From an uncultured delta proteobacterium (GTDB lineage Bacteria > Desulfobacterota > RBG-13-43-22), in the NCBI GenBank assembly GCA_963743305.1, contig CAVUPH010000015.1, positions 1-64,000 on the forward strand: a DNA stretch of 64,000 nucleotides, in the 5' to 3' direction. This document shows, piece after piece, positions 19,318 to 29,808 of the stretch; within the stretch, counting starts at the first letter, position 1, and each line of letters starts with the position of its first letter. Below the pieces are notes generated by a model, which worked only from the letters and a program-made list of their open reading frames with translations, was not told the origin of the DNA and searched no databases. The translations under genes were made by a program, and so were the position numbers.

Positions 19318-20895
19318 ATGGAAATCCAAAAAGCAGGCTATCCCAATCCGGCACCGTCCGACAGCCGTTCCCATCTGGGAGACATGATCGATGAGGCCCT
19401 TCAGGGCGGCGGTCCGAAGCGCATCGAAGAGCAGCACCGGAAGGGCAAGCTCACGGCCCGGGAACGGATCGACCTGCTGCTCGACGAAGGTTCCTTTGAG
19501 GAATTCGACATCCTGAAAACCGGCCGCGGCGGGGCCTTCGGCCAGGAGCGGCGCTACCCCGGCGACGGGGTGGTGACCGGCCATGGGAGCATCGACGGCC
19601 GGGAGGTCTTCGTCTTCGGTCAGGATTTCACCGTGGTCGGCGGCTCCCTGGGAGAGGCCCACTCCCAGAAGATCTGCAAAGTCATGGACCACGCCGTGCG
19701 GGTGGGGGCTCCGGTGATCGGTCTCAATGATTCCGGTGGGGCCCGGATCCAGGAAGGCGTCGACGCCTTGGCGGCCTATGGCGAGATCTTCAACCGCAAC
19801 GTCCTGGCCAGCGGGGTGGTCCCTCAGATTTCCTGCATCATGGGACCCTGCGCCGGCGGAGCCGTATACAGCCCGGCCATGACGGATTTCACCTTCATGG
19901 TGGAATCTTCCTCCTATTTGTTCGTCACCGGCCCCAACGTAGTTAAAACAGTCACCCACCAGGAGATCAGCTTCGACGACCTGGGCGGGGCCGAGGTCCA
20001 CGGCCGGATCAGCGGGGTGGCCCACTTCGTACTGCCCAACGATATCCTGGCCCTGCGGGAAATCAGGCGGTTAATTAACTACCTGCCCTCCAACAACCGT
20101 CAGACCGCGCCTATCCTGGACCTCAAAGACCCCATCGAGCGGACCGACCCGGCCCTGGATTTTTTGGTCCCGGCCAATCCCAATCATACCTATGACATGA
20201 ACGTCCTGATCTACAGCATCCTGGACGGGGCCGAGTTTATGGAGGTCCAGACCCACTATGCCCGGAACATCATCGTCGGTTTCGGTCGGCTGGGCGGACA
20301 GACCATCGGACTGATCGCCAACCAGCCGGCGGCCCTGGCCGGCGTCCTGGACATTCACGCCTCGGGCAAGGCCGCCCGCTTCGTCCGCTTCTGTGACGCC
20401 TTCAACATCCCCCTGATCTGTCTGGTGGACGTCCCCGGATTCATGCCCGGGCCGGAGCAGGAACACGGTGGGATCATCCGCCACGGGGCCAAGCTGCTTT
20501 ACGCCTTCGTGGAGGCTACGGTGCCCCGGATCACGGTGATCGTCCGCAAGGCCTACGGCGGGGCCTATGTGGTCATGAACTCCAAGCACATCCGCTGCGA
20601 CATCAATTACGCCTGGCCCACGGCCGAAATCGCCGTCCTGGGGCCGCGGGGTGCCGCGGAGGTCATCTACCGCAAGGATATCCAGGCGGCGACGGATCCC
20701 GAAGCGGCCCTGTCCGAAAAGACCGAGGAATATCGAAAGACCTTCGCCAACCCTTTCCTGGCCGCCAAGCGGGGGTATATCGACGACGTCATTTTCCCCC
20801 GGGACACCCGTCACCGCCTGATCCGCAGCCTTCAGTTTCTGGAGGGCAAACGGATGGAGCGCCCCGACCGCAAGCACGGCAACATTCCCTTGTGA
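19318..20895 (+). CDS. pccB: Acyl-CoA carboxylase carboxyltransferase subunit (PccB-like)
   Basis: [50 protein letters not shown]. Confidence 0.9.
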   Translation: MEIQKAGYPNPAPSDSRSHLGDMIDEALQGGGPKRIEEQHRKGKLTARERIDLLLDEGSFEEFDILKTGRGGAFGQERRYPGDGVVTGHGSIDGREVFVFGQDFTVVGGSLGEAHSQKICKVMDHAVRVGAPVIGLNDSGGARIQEGVDALAAYGEIFNRNVLASGVVPQISCIMGPCAGGAVYSPAMTDFTFMVESSSYLFVTGPNVVKTVTHQEISFDDLGGAEVHGRISGVAHFVLPNDILALREIRRLINYLPSNNRQTAPILDLKDPIERTDPALDFLVPANPNHTYDMNVLIYSILDGAEFMEVQTHYARNIIVGFGRLGGQTIGLIANQPAALAGVLDIHASGKAARFVRFCDAFNIPLICLVDVPGFMPGPEQEHGGIIRHGAKLLYAFVEATVPRITVIVRKAYGGAYVVMNSKHIRCDINYAWPTAEIAVLGPRGAAEVIYRKDIQAATDPEAALSEKTEEYRKTFANPFLAAKRGYIDDVIFPRDTRHRLIRSLQFLEGKRMERPDRKHGNIPL

Positions 20896-20904
20896 GGTCC
20901 GATT

Positions 20905-22914
20905 ATGTTCGCTAAGATTCTAATTGCCAACCGAGGCGAGATCGCCCTGCGCGTCATCCAAACCTGCCGGCGTCTTGGAATCCGGACAGCGGCTGTCTAC
21001 TCCGAGGCTGACAGCCGCTCCCGGCATGTTCTGGAGGCCGACGAGGCCGTATTCCTCGGCCCGTCCCGGGCCGGGGATTCCTACCTGGTCAAAGAGAAAA
21101 TCATCGCCGCCGCCCTGGATCACGATTGCCAGGCCATCCATCCCGGGTACGGGTTCCTTTCCGAAAACGCCGACTTCGCGGAAGCCGTCACCCGGGCCGG
21201 ACTGGCTTTCATCGGCCCGCCGGCCTCGGCCATCTCTCTGCTGGGGGATAAAATCGCCTCCAAGACCCTGGCCGTCCGGATCGGGATACCCGTGGTACCG
21301 GGGCCCCAGCAGCCGCTTTCCGATCCCGAGGAACTGCTGGGCCTGGCCGAAGACCTGGGGTATCCGGTACTGCTCAAACCCGCAGCCGGCGGCGGCGGCA
21401 AAGGGATGCGGATCGCCTTTTCTCAAGAGGAGTTGGTTGAGGCCCTGCGATTGGCCAGGGAGGAGACTCGGAAGGCCTTCGGGGACGACCGGATTTTTCT
21501 GGAGCGTTTCATCGCCGACCCCCGGCACATCGAAATGCAGATCCTGGCCGATCAACACGGGAACGTGGTTTACCTGGGGGAACGGGAATGCTCCATCCAG
21601 CGCCGCTATCAGAAAATCCTTGAGGAGTCGCCATCCCCGACCCTGGACGATTCCCGGCGTCGGGAACTGGGGGAGATGTCCTGCCGGCTGGCCCGGGAGG
21701 CCGGCTACACCAATGCCGGTACCGTGGAGTTCATCTTCGACGGCGAAGGCCGCTATTACTACCTGGAAATGAACACCCGCCTCCAGGTGGAGCATCCGGT
21801 TACGGAAATGGTCACCGGCCTGGACCTGGTGGAGCTTCAATTACGCGTTGCCGCCGGGGAGCCGTTGCCCTTCACTCAGGAGGAGGTGCGGAGAAGCGGT
21901 TGGGCCATGGAGGCCCGGATCTGCGCCGAAGACCCGACCCGCGGGTTCATGCCGGCCACCGGCCTGATCACCCGCTACGCCCGGCCCCGGGGCAAACACA
22001 TCCGGGTGGACAGCGGCATCGGGGCCGGCTCGTTCATCAGCGCCTTCTATGACTCGCTGCTGGCCAAGGTCATCACCTGGGGGGAAACCCGCCCGGAAGC
22101 CATCCAAAACCTGATCCGGGCACTGAACATCTACCACATCGAGGGGATCACCACCAACATCGACTTCGTCAACGCCATCTTGAATCACCCGGCTTACCAG
22201 GAGGGCGCCTTGTCCACCCGCTTCATTGAACGGCATTTCCCGGGAGGGAAGGCGGATGTCCCCCCCCCGGCGGAACAGCTCCAGTATATGGTCATGGCCG
22301 CCACCCTGATTTATCACAACCGCCAAAACGTAGTCCGGGATTCCCTGAAACCGCTGGTCCCCCAGGTGGGCGTCACCCATGCGCCCAAACCCTTTTACGA
22401 TTACGTGGTTAAAAGCGAAAACGACGTCTTTAAAATCCGCCTGGAAGGCAACCCGGCCACCCGGGATTGGAACATCCGAGTCGACGACCGATCCTTTGAG
22501 GTGCGAACCCCGGAATTCGAATACTACCGGAGGCGGCTGAAATTAAAAGTCGACGGGCAATACCACTATTTCCGGCTTCAGTACAGCGGAAATTATTTCT
22601 GGGCCGCCTTCTGCGGAATCACCCGCATACTGGAAATCTACAGCCCCCGGGAGTGGACTTTAGCCCGGTTCATGCCCGCGCCCCGGAAAGAGGAGATGGC
22701 CAACGTCCTGGTCTGCCCCATGCCCGGCCTGGTGGTGGACATCCGGGTCAAGCCGGGCGACCCGGTTTTCCGCGGCCAGGATCTGGTGAGCATCGAATCC
22801 ATGAAGATGGAAAGCTACGTGGCCTCTCCCTGCGACGGGGTGGTGGCGGAGGTGAAAGTAACTTCCGGTCAGGCGGTGGAAAGCGGGGATGTCTTGATAA
22901 CGTTCAAAATATGA
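20905..22914 (+). CDS. pccA: Acyl-CoA carboxylase biotin carboxylase/BCCP subunit (PccA-like)
   Basis: ILIANRGEIA, HPGYGFLSEN, GGGGKGMR, EMNTRLQVEH, biotinylation motif ESMKME. Confidence 0.9.
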   Translation: MFAKILIANRGEIALRVIQTCRRLGIRTAAVYSEADSRSRHVLEADEAVFLGPSRAGDSYLVKEKIIAAALDHDCQAIHPGYGFLSENADFAEAVTRAGLAFIGPPASAISLLGDKIASKTLAVRIGIPVVPGPQQPLSDPEELLGLAEDLGYPVLLKPAAGGGGKGMRIAFSQEELVEALRLAREETRKAFGDDRIFLERFIADPRHIEMQILADQHGNVVYLGERECSIQRRYQKILEESPSPTLDDSRRRELGEMSCRLAREAGYTNAGTVEFIFDGEGRYYYLEMNTRLQVEHPVTEMVTGLDLVELQLRVAAGEPLPFTQEEVRRSGWAMEARICAEDPTRGFMPATGLITRYARPRGKHIRVDSGIGAGSFISAFYDSLLAKVITWGETRPEAIQNLIRALNIYHIEGITTNIDFVNAILNHPAYQEGALSTRFIERHFPGGKADVPPPAEQLQYMVMAATLIYHNRQNVVRDSLKPLVPQVGVTHAPKPFYDYVVKSENDVFKIRLEGNPATRDWNIRVDDRSFEVRTPEFEYYRRRLKLKVDGQYHYFRLQYSGNYFWAAFCGITRILEIYSPREWTLARFMPAPRKEEMANVLVCPMPGLVVDIRVKPGDPVFRGQDLVSIESMKMESYVASPCDGVVAEVKVTSGQAVESGDVLITFKI

Positions 22915-22943
22915 GCGCTGCTCGTTGTTAAGGACGCTGAAAG

Positions 22944-23510
22944 TCATTTTCCTCGTAGGCGGTGGACGGTCCAAAGGATGAAGCCGATGAGGGAAATTCC
23001 GACAATGATTTCCAGTTCATAATGTCTGAGATCCTCCAACAGAATCTGAAGGGCTGCGCCGAAGAGATATCCCCCTAAAGCGATGACCACGGACCAGAGC
23101 AGGGCTCCCAGGCTGTTAAGAATCAGGAAACGGCCGGCCTTGAATTGTTTATCCAATCCCAGGACAAAGGGAGTGAGGATGCGTATGCCGTAAACAAACC
23201 GAAAGCCTAGAACGATCAGGTTATGGTAGCGTTCGATGGCTCTATGGACCTTATCCACTCGGGTCTGGAGTTTGGGATACCGGCTTAACAACGTAACCCC
23301 TTTATAGCGTCCAATGAAAAAGAAAAGCTGGTCCCCGGAAAAGGCGCCTAAAAAGGCATAAAACATGACCCAGGGCAGCTTAAGATATCCTAAATGCGCT
23401 GTGAGCCCGCCTAAAATCAGGACGGTTTCCCCTTCAAAAAAAGTGCCTAAGAAAACACCCAGGTACCCATAGGTCCTGAGCAAGTAATCAAAAGTCATGC
23501 TTGACACCAC
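22944..23510 (-). CDS. DedA-family membrane protein
   Basis: GTFFEGETVL, GDQLFFFIGR, RFVYGIR, N.LGALLW. Confidence 0.9.
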   Translation of the reverse strand: MVSSMTFDYLLRTYGYLGVFLGTFFEGETVLILGGLTAHLGYLKLPWVMFYAFLGAFSGDQLFFFIGRYKGVTLLSRYPKLQTRVDKVHRAIERYHNLIVLGFRFVYGIRILTPFVLGLDKQFKAGRFLILNSLGALLWSVVIALGGYLFGAALQILLEDLRHYELEIIVGISLIGFILWTVHRLRGK

Positions 23511-23680
23511 TCCTTAGGGTGTTTTTCACGCCGGGGGAAGACGACGACCTTAGCGCGGAAGATTCTACCCCTCACTTTTTACTATCGCTTACCGGAGAGG
23601 TTTCTAGTTGAGGTGAGTACTAATCATAGCATATGTCAATCCGGAAATAAAAGATATTGTAATCCCGATTCCAGACCTAT

Positions 23681-26575
23681 ATGCTTGAGCCAGGTTCCTC
23701 AGCCGAAAGATCCCGGAGATGCATGATGCCCGTTAAAAACACCACAGCCGATGATCCCGACAACCTCCGCCGTCAGGCAGAAGAAAAAGCCCGGATCCAG
23801 GCCGCCCGAACGCCGACCGCCGCGGAGCCCCTCTCCCCTGAAGAAACGCGACAGATGCTCCACGAACTGCGGGTACATCAGATCGAGATGGAGATCCAGA
23901 ACGAGGAATTGCGCCGGGCGCAAGTGGAAGTGGACGCCGTCGCGTCGCGGTATTTCGACCTCTACGACCTGGCTCCGGTGGGCTATTGCACCCTGAGCGA
24001 ACAGGGCCTGATTCTGGAGGCCAATCTCACCGCCGCCACCCTGCTGGGCGTACCCCGGGGTGCTCTGGTCAATAGACTATTTACCCGGTTCATCTTCCCA
24101 GAGGACCAGGACATCTACTACTTGCACCGCAAACAACTCGTTGAGACAGGTGCGCCGCAGTCGTGCGAGTTGCGAATGGTCAAAATGGACGGTACCCCTT
24201 TCTGGACCCATCTGGCGTCCATTATCGTCCAGAACACTGCAGACGCTCCCTTGATCCGCAGCGTGTTGAGCGACATCACCGCGCAAAAGGTAACCGAAGA
24301 AACCATCCGGCGCATCCGCTATCGAAACGAATTGATTCTGAATTCCGCCGGGGAAGGGATCTTCGGGCTTGACCTCCAGGGAGACAATACTTTCGTCAAC
24401 CTCACGGCGGCAAAAATGCTGGGCTATGAAGCGGAAGAGTTAATTGGGAAAAGCAGTCATGCGCTCATTCATCATACTAAAATGGACGGGAGCCCTTACC
24501 TGGAAGAAGAATGCCCGATTTATGCCACTTTTAGAAAAGGCGAGATGTTTCATATCGAGGAAGATATTTTTTGGAGGAAAAACGGCACTGGAGTCCCTGT
24601 CGAATACACCTGCACCCCGATTTTAGAAAACGGAAAGCGGGTAGGGGCCGTAGTTATTTTCCTGGACATTAGCCGGCGTAAGGTTGCCGAAGCGAGACAA
24701 CAGGAGGAGGCCGGCCAACTTAGGGAACGGGTCAAAGAACTGAACTGCCTCTTTTCCATTTCCGAACTTTTCCGGAAGCCCGGACTGGCTCAAGCCGAAA
24801 TATTCCAGGGAATCGTTGATCGGATCCCCCCGGCCTGGCAATACCCGGAGATCGCCTACGCCCGGCTTGTCCTGGAAAACAGAAAATTTCAGACCGGGAA
24901 TTATCACCCTACCCCTTGGAAAGCGACCGCCGACATACTGGTCAACGGGCAACCGAAAGGATTCCTGGAGGTAGGTTATCTGGAGGAGAAGGATTGGGGG
25001 CGGGGGGGGCCTTTTCTGGCGGAAGAAATGCATTTGATCGAAGAGATCGCGGAGCGTACGGGCATATTTTTCGCCTGGGTACAGGCCGAGGAAGCCCTGC
25101 GGGAGAGTGAAAGAGGATTCCGCGTTTTATTCGAGCAGGCGGCCGTGGGCGTTGCCCAGATTGAGACGACTACCGGCCGATTCATGAAAATCAACCAACG
25201 TTATGGTGATATAATCGGATATAGCCTGGAGGAGATGCGATCGCTTACTTTCCAGCAAATCACTTACCCGGAGGATCTTCAAGAGGATCTGGAAAGTATG
25301 GAAAAACTCGTAGCCGGAAAAATCTGCGAATTCTCCATGGAGAAGCGATACCGGCATAAGAACGGCAGCCTGATCTGGGTCGACCTGACGGTTTCCCCCA
25401 TGTGGGCGCCGGGCGAGACGCCCGACTACCATATCGCCGTCGTGCAGGACATCACCAAGCGGAAACGGGCCGAAGAAACGTCAAGAGAAGAACGCGTCTT
25501 TCGCCAAGCCATCGAAGATGCCTTCCTGGCCGGGATAACGGTGGTTGATGAGAACGGGCGGCAATCTTATGTCAACCGGGCTTTTTGCCGAATGGTGGGC
25601 TGGGAGGAGGAGGAATTGGTAGGGGCGCTGCCTCCCTTCAAATACTGGCCCCCAGATCAATCGGAGACTATGGCTTCGATCTTTCAATCCCATCTGGACA
25701 ACCAGGTCCCCCGGGGTGGCACTGAAATGATTCTGCGGCGGCGCAACGGAGAACGTTTTTGGGCCTTGGTGCTGTCAGCTCCCCTGATCGATGGTCAAGG
25801 CCGTACCAAAGGGCGGATAGGTTCCGTCTACGATATTAACGAGCGCAAACGAATCGAAGAGCGGGTGCGCATGCTCAGCCAACAGCTTTTGCGTAGTCAG
25901 GAAGAGGAACGATTGAGGATTTCCCGCGAACTCCATGACGTGATCGGGCAGAACCTTTCCGCTTTAAAGATCGCCCTGGAAGGCCCCTGGATGAATCGTT
26001 TGGAAAACATCCCCGAGGTCGGACAGAGAACTAAGGAATGGTCCCATATACTCCAGGAAACCATCCAAGGAGTTCGGGATATGGCCCACACCCTGCGCCC
26101 CTCCAGTTTAGATCAACTGGGGCTGATTAAAACCATTCTACAATATTGCGAGGAGTTTGCAGCCAAAAACCGGATCGAGGTGGATTTCAAGGCGGCCGGG
26201 ATCGATGATACCGCTCTGGACTACGACACCCGGATTGCCCTCTATCGTCTGATCCAGGAAGGCCTGATCAATATCAGTAAACACGCGGCCGCAACTCTGG
26301 CGGTCATTCGGCTGGTTTCTTCATTCCCCGATATCATCCTGCGCATTGAAGACAACGGACAAGGGTTTGATGTGGAAAAACGGCGGGAGGCGGCGGTCGA
26401 AGAGAAACGCCTGGGTTTAAGCAGTATGGAAGAGCGCGTTACCCTGCTCCAGGGAAAGATGAAAATTGATTCCCAACCCGGGAGGGGCACCCGGGTCTCA
26501 ATCGAGATTCCTTCTCAACTTTCATACAAAAGGCAATCCGATGGCCGACAAGAAAAAAATCCTCCTCGTGGATGA
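23681..26575 (+). CDS. Cytoplasmic multi-PAS sensor histidine kinase (HisKA_3 type)
   Basis: Four PAS/PAC repeats, RISRELHDVIGQ H-box, QEGLINISKH, EDNGQGFD, GTRV; no transmembrane segment. Confidence 0.92.
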   Translation: MLEPGSSAERSRRCMMPVKNTTADDPDNLRRQAEEKARIQAARTPTAAEPLSPEETRQMLHELRVHQIEMEIQNEELRRAQVEVDAVASRYFDLYDLAPVGYCTLSEQGLILEANLTAATLLGVPRGALVNRLFTRFIFPEDQDIYYLHRKQLVETGAPQSCELRMVKMDGTPFWTHLASIIVQNTADAPLIRSVLSDITAQKVTEETIRRIRYRNELILNSAGEGIFGLDLQGDNTFVNLTAAKMLGYEAEELIGKSSHALIHHTKMDGSPYLEEECPIYATFRKGEMFHIEEDIFWRKNGTGVPVEYTCTPILENGKRVGAVVIFLDISRRKVAEARQQEEAGQLRERVKELNCLFSISELFRKPGLAQAEIFQGIVDRIPPAWQYPEIAYARLVLENRKFQTGNYHPTPWKATADILVNGQPKGFLEVGYLEEKDWGRGGPFLAEEMHLIEEIAERTGIFFAWVQAEEALRESERGFRVLFEQAAVGVAQIETTTGRFMKINQRYGDIIGYSLEEMRSLTFQQITYPEDLQEDLESMEKLVAGKICEFSMEKRYRHKNGSLIWVDLTVSPMWAPGETPDYHIAVVQDITKRKRAEETSREERVFRQAIEDAFLAGITVVDENGRQSYVNRAFCRMVGWEEEELVGALPPFKYWPPDQSETMASIFQSHLDNQVPRGGTEMILRRRNGERFWALVLSAPLIDGQGRTKGRIGSVYDINERKRIEERVRMLSQQLLRSQEEERLRISRELHDVIGQNLSALKIALEGPWMNRLENIPEVGQRTKEWSHILQETIQGVRDMAHTLRPSSLDQLGLIKTILQYCEEFAAKNRIEVDFKAAGIDDTALDYDTRIALYRLIQEGLINISKHAAATLAVIRLVSSFPDIILRIEDNGQGFDVEKRREAAVEEKRLGLSSMEERVTLLQGKMKIDSQPGRGTRVSIEIPSQLSYKRQSDGRQEKNPPRG

Positions 26576-27218
26576 TCATCCGCTGTTCCGGGCGGGCCTT
26601 AAATCCTTATTGGTGGACAACCCCTCTTTTCAAGTGGTCGGGGAGGCCGGGGACGGGCAGGAGGCGATTCGTCTGGCCAAAGCCCTCAAGCCCGATTTGG
26701 TCCTTCTGGATATCTCCCTGCCCGACAAAAACGGGATTGAGGTCACTCGTGAATTAAAGAGCCTTTTCCCTGAGATCCTGATCCTGGTCGTCAGCATGCA
26801 CGCCAAAATTGATTATATAGCCGACGCCTTTCGAGCCGGCGCCCTGGGATATGTCATCAAAGAATCGGCGGCCGAGCGGTTGGTACAGGGCCTGGAAGCC
26901 GTTGCCCGGGGAGACTATTTCCTGGACAGCTCCCTTTCCCAGGAAGTGGTGGGAAGAATATTAGGACTTCCAGCCCAAGAGGCCAAAATCATCGATGGGA
27001 GATATGCCAGTTTGACTCAAAGGGAGGAACAGATCCTGCGGCTCTTAGCCGAAGGGCATACGGCCAAGGAAATCGGAGAGCAGCTTTTTATCAGCCCCAA
27101 AACCGTGGAAAACCATCGCGCCAATATCATGGATAAACTGGATCTTCACAGCACCCTGGAATTGATCCGCTACGCGATCAGGGTCGGACTAATCGATCCC
27201 GAACTCTGGCAAAGATAA
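26541..27218 (+). CDS. NarL/LuxR-family response regulator
   Basis: ILLVDDHPLFR, LDISLP, LTQRE...ISPKTVENHRANIM. Confidence 0.93.
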   Translation: MADKKKILLVDDHPLFRAGLKSLLVDNPSFQVVGEAGDGQEAIRLAKALKPDLVLLDISLPDKNGIEVTRELKSLFPEILILVVSMHAKIDYIADAFRAGALGYVIKESAAERLVQGLEAVARGDYFLDSSLSQEVVGRILGLPAQEAKIIDGRYASLTQREEQILRLLAEGHTAKEIGEQLFISPKTVENHRANIMDKLDLHSTLELIRYAIRVGLIDPELWQR

Positions 27219-27220
27219 TC

Positions 27221-27330
27221 AGCCGCTTCGCCCTTGGGGATGGGTGCCCCCTGAGATCTGGTCTGGCCCGATCTCAGCTTAGTCTACCATAGGTTGTGCC
27301 CACCCACCCCCAAGGGCGAACAACCTATAG
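27221..27330 (-). other. Structured non-coding element, copy A (homologous to 49414-49582)
   Basis: TTCGCCCTTGGGG.TGGGTG / CACCCA.CCCCAAGGGCGAA stem and inner CTGAGATC/GATCTCAG hairpin. Confidence 0.65.
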
Positions 27331-27354
27331 CGAGTGCAACACCCCCCCACCCTC

Positions 27355-27400
27355 CTACCCCTCCGGGGAAAATTCCCGGAACCCGGGATTTTTCCCTATT
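27355..27400. promoter_or_regulatory. Possible NarL-type regulator binding region
   Basis: Clustered GGGGAAAATTCCC and GGGATTTTTCCC palindromes between the regulator and two small genes; function is inferred. Confidence 0.4.
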
Positions 27401-27493
27401 GAAATTGAGTCCCCTCTCTTATGGACAATAATCAGGCCCTATGATTAGGTTAGCCCTAACGAGTCATTAAAGAAGATAAAGAGGAAATCAACC

Positions 27494-27751
27494 TTGGCAA
27501 GAGATTATTTGGATGTGGCCCATCTGGTCCGATGTATTCAACGGGCGGAAGGAAACCCCGATTGTTTCCGTAGAATCATGGAAGAGTGCCAGGAAATCAA
27601 TTGCTGCTGGAGAGCGTATTGCGTTGAAAAACCCCAAGTAACCGGTACGACCGATAAAGCCGGCGGGGATCGGGCATACTGTCTGGACGACGCTAGCCGG
27701 GAAAATGGATTTAACCCCGGCAGCCGCCAAGTGGAGGGAACCCGGCCGTGA
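27494..27751 (+). CDS. Small Cys-rich protein (LVRxIQRAEGNxDCF...CCWRxxC; resembles deltaproteobacterial SAP-domain-annotated proteins)
   Basis: TTG start after AGAGGA; Cys-rich motif. Confidence 0.65.
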   Translation: MARDYLDVAHLVRCIQRAEGNPDCFRRIMEECQEINCCWRAYCVEKPQVTGTTDKAGGDRAYCLDDASRENGFNPGSRQVEGTRP

Positions 27752-27832
27752 CGATGATCCTCCGTCTGGCAAAAGGGTTAAGTAAAGGGTCCAACCATTT
27801 TTCAGACTATCAAAAATATAAAAGGTGGAATA

Positions 27833-28105
27833 ATGAAAAAAACAATCAAAATCCTTCATGTCGATTCGAATTGGGACGTCGTCTATATCGTCATCCAAGA
27901 CGGGACATTAATGAAATCCATCGTCCCCATGAAAACCGCCGTCGATCTGCTGAAAAAGGTAAAATTCGATCTGATTCTCTCCGAACCTCAAAATAAAGCG
28001 GTGCTTACTCCGCAAACGGCAACCGATCATATCGATTATATTAAGGATTCCTTGACCAATCACTGCGCTGGTTTGGAGAGGATCAATTTCTCTCCCGAAG
28101 CCTAA
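27833..28105 (+). CDS. Small hypothetical protein with a degenerate receiver-like N-terminus
   Basis: AGGTGG Shine-Dalgarno; KILHVDS...AVDLLKKVKFDLILSE. Confidence 0.55.
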   Translation: MKKTIKILHVDSNWDVVYIVIQDGTLMKSIVPMKTAVDLLKKVKFDLILSEPQNKAVLTPQTATDHIDYIKDSLTNHCAGLERINFSPEA

Positions 28106-28156
28106 GAGGATTTTCGACGCAAAAAACTAAGGAAATCATGATCTTTGTTCAAGGGA

Positions 28157-29641
28157 TTACGGATTCCTCCGGGGGACTTGCTTAAAATCAATAAACCCCC
28201 GATCGACGTCTGTATGGATCAATTCGACGCGAATCCGGTCGCCCACATCAACGCCTTCGAATCCCTGGACCAGCCTTCCCTCCAAAGGCGGTTGCAGGAG
28301 ACGCGCCCAGGTTCCCTTGGGGGCCGCCCCGGTAACTATAGCCTCAAATCGCTCCCCGATCCTTGCTTCGAGGAGCAGGGCGGCGGCTGATTTCCCGACT
28401 TGACGCTCTACCTTCCGGGCGGCATCTTCTTCCTCAGTGCAGTGCCTGGCCAATTCCTCCAGTTCGTCCGCGCTATATGGACAAGGGACTCCCTCCAGGG
28501 CCGCCTTAAGCAATCGCTGGGTGATCAGATCGGGATAACGACGGTTAGGGGCGGTGGAATGGGCATAGTCTTTTACCGCCAGCCCGAAATGACCTGGAGC
28601 GTTCTCACCGGGGAGCTCGGAAACGTATTCCCCGGCCCCCAACAGTTTAATAATGGAAAGCGAGAGGTCGGGGAAACGAACCGGATCATCGCTGTTGGCC
28701 TTCAGCAGAAATCCTTCCAGGGCTTTTGAATCCGGCTCCTCCGGGAGAATGAATCCCTGCTCCCGGGCAAGGGAGACAATCCGGTCCCATCGTTTAGGAG
28801 TGCGGACCACACGCCGGATGGAAGGGAATTTTTTTTCAAAGAGAAACTTGGCCGTCACCCCATTGGCCGCGATCATGAAGTCTTCGATGAGGCTCCGGGC
28901 GCGGTTCTTTTTTTCCACGGATAGTTCGCTGATCCGGTCGCCGTCGAATAGGGGACGCGCTTCAATGGTCTCGAAATTCAGGGCCCCGTGTAGATGCCGA
29001 AAGCGCTTCAGGCTCTGGGCCACCCGATCCTGGAGGCGGAGGTTTTCATCCAGCCCGCGAACGGCGGCAATCCCTTCCGGCGGAGGTCCGCTCCCCTCCA
29101 GCCAGGCGGCCACACTGTTATAAGCCAGTTTGGCCTGACTGCGGACCAGTGCCCGGAAGATCCCCCATTCCTGGAGAGACCCCTCTCGGTCGATAACCAT
29201 TTCGATGACCAGGGCCAAGCGATCTTCCCGGTCATTGAGGGAAGTGAAGTCGGTGGACAGTTTTTCAGGCAGCATCGGGAATATCATTGCAGCCGTGTAG
29301 ACCGAGGTGGTATTGTGCCCGGCCTGACGGTCCAGGGCCGAGCCTTTCAAGACCAGGGCATCCACATCGGCTACCGCTACCAGTAGTTTGCATCCGCCAT
29401 TAGGCCGGGGCTCGGCCACCGACAATTGGTCCAGATCCCGGGAATCATCATTGTCTATCGAAGCCCAAAGGAGACCCCGCAGGTCGCTGATCTGGCCCGA
29501 GTTTTCCGTGGCGGGGGAATGAATTCGCTCCAGTTCCGCTAGTGATTCCGCGGAAAAATCCGGCAACAGTCCTCTCTCAAGCATCGCCCGGCGGGCAATC
29601 TGCTCTAGAATTGCGCGATGGTGTTTGCCCTTGGTCATCAC
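28157..29641 (-). CDS. RNB-domain exoribonuclease (RNase II/R family, short form)
   Basis: SIDNDDSRDLDQ, TTSVY...PMLP, LIEDFMIAAN, HFGL..Y.HSTAPNRRYPDL. Confidence 0.92.
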   Translation of the reverse strand: MMTKGKHHRAILEQIARRAMLERGLLPDFSAESLAELERIHSPATENSGQISDLRGLLWASIDNDDSRDLDQLSVAEPRPNGGCKLLVAVADVDALVLKGSALDRQAGHNTTSVYTAAMIFPMLPEKLSTDFTSLNDREDRLALVIEMVIDREGSLQEWGIFRALVRSQAKLAYNSVAAWLEGSGPPPEGIAAVRGLDENLRLQDRVAQSLKRFRHLHGALNFETIEARPLFDGDRISELSVEKKNRARSLIEDFMIAANGVTAKFLFEKKFPSIRRVVRTPKRWDRIVSLAREQGFILPEEPDSKALEGFLLKANSDDPVRFPDLSLSIIKLLGAGEYVSELPGENAPGHFGLAVKDYAHSTAPNRRYPDLITQRLLKAALEGVPCPYSADELEELARHCTEEEDAARKVERQVGKSAAALLLEARIGERFEAIVTGAAPKGTWARLLQPPLEGRLVQGFEGVDVGDRIRVELIHTDVDRGFIDFKQVPRRNP

Positions 29642-29808
29642 CCGGCCCCCTTTAGGTGGTTATGTCAAATATCGACTTGAAGAAAAAACCTATTTTCCGT
29701 ACCCTGGGACAGCCCAGGCTAACTCATGTACCTGTAAGAAACAAAATATATAGCGTCGATTAAACTTGCCCTCTATAATGGGTAAAATCATAACCAAAGG
29801 AAAACGGT

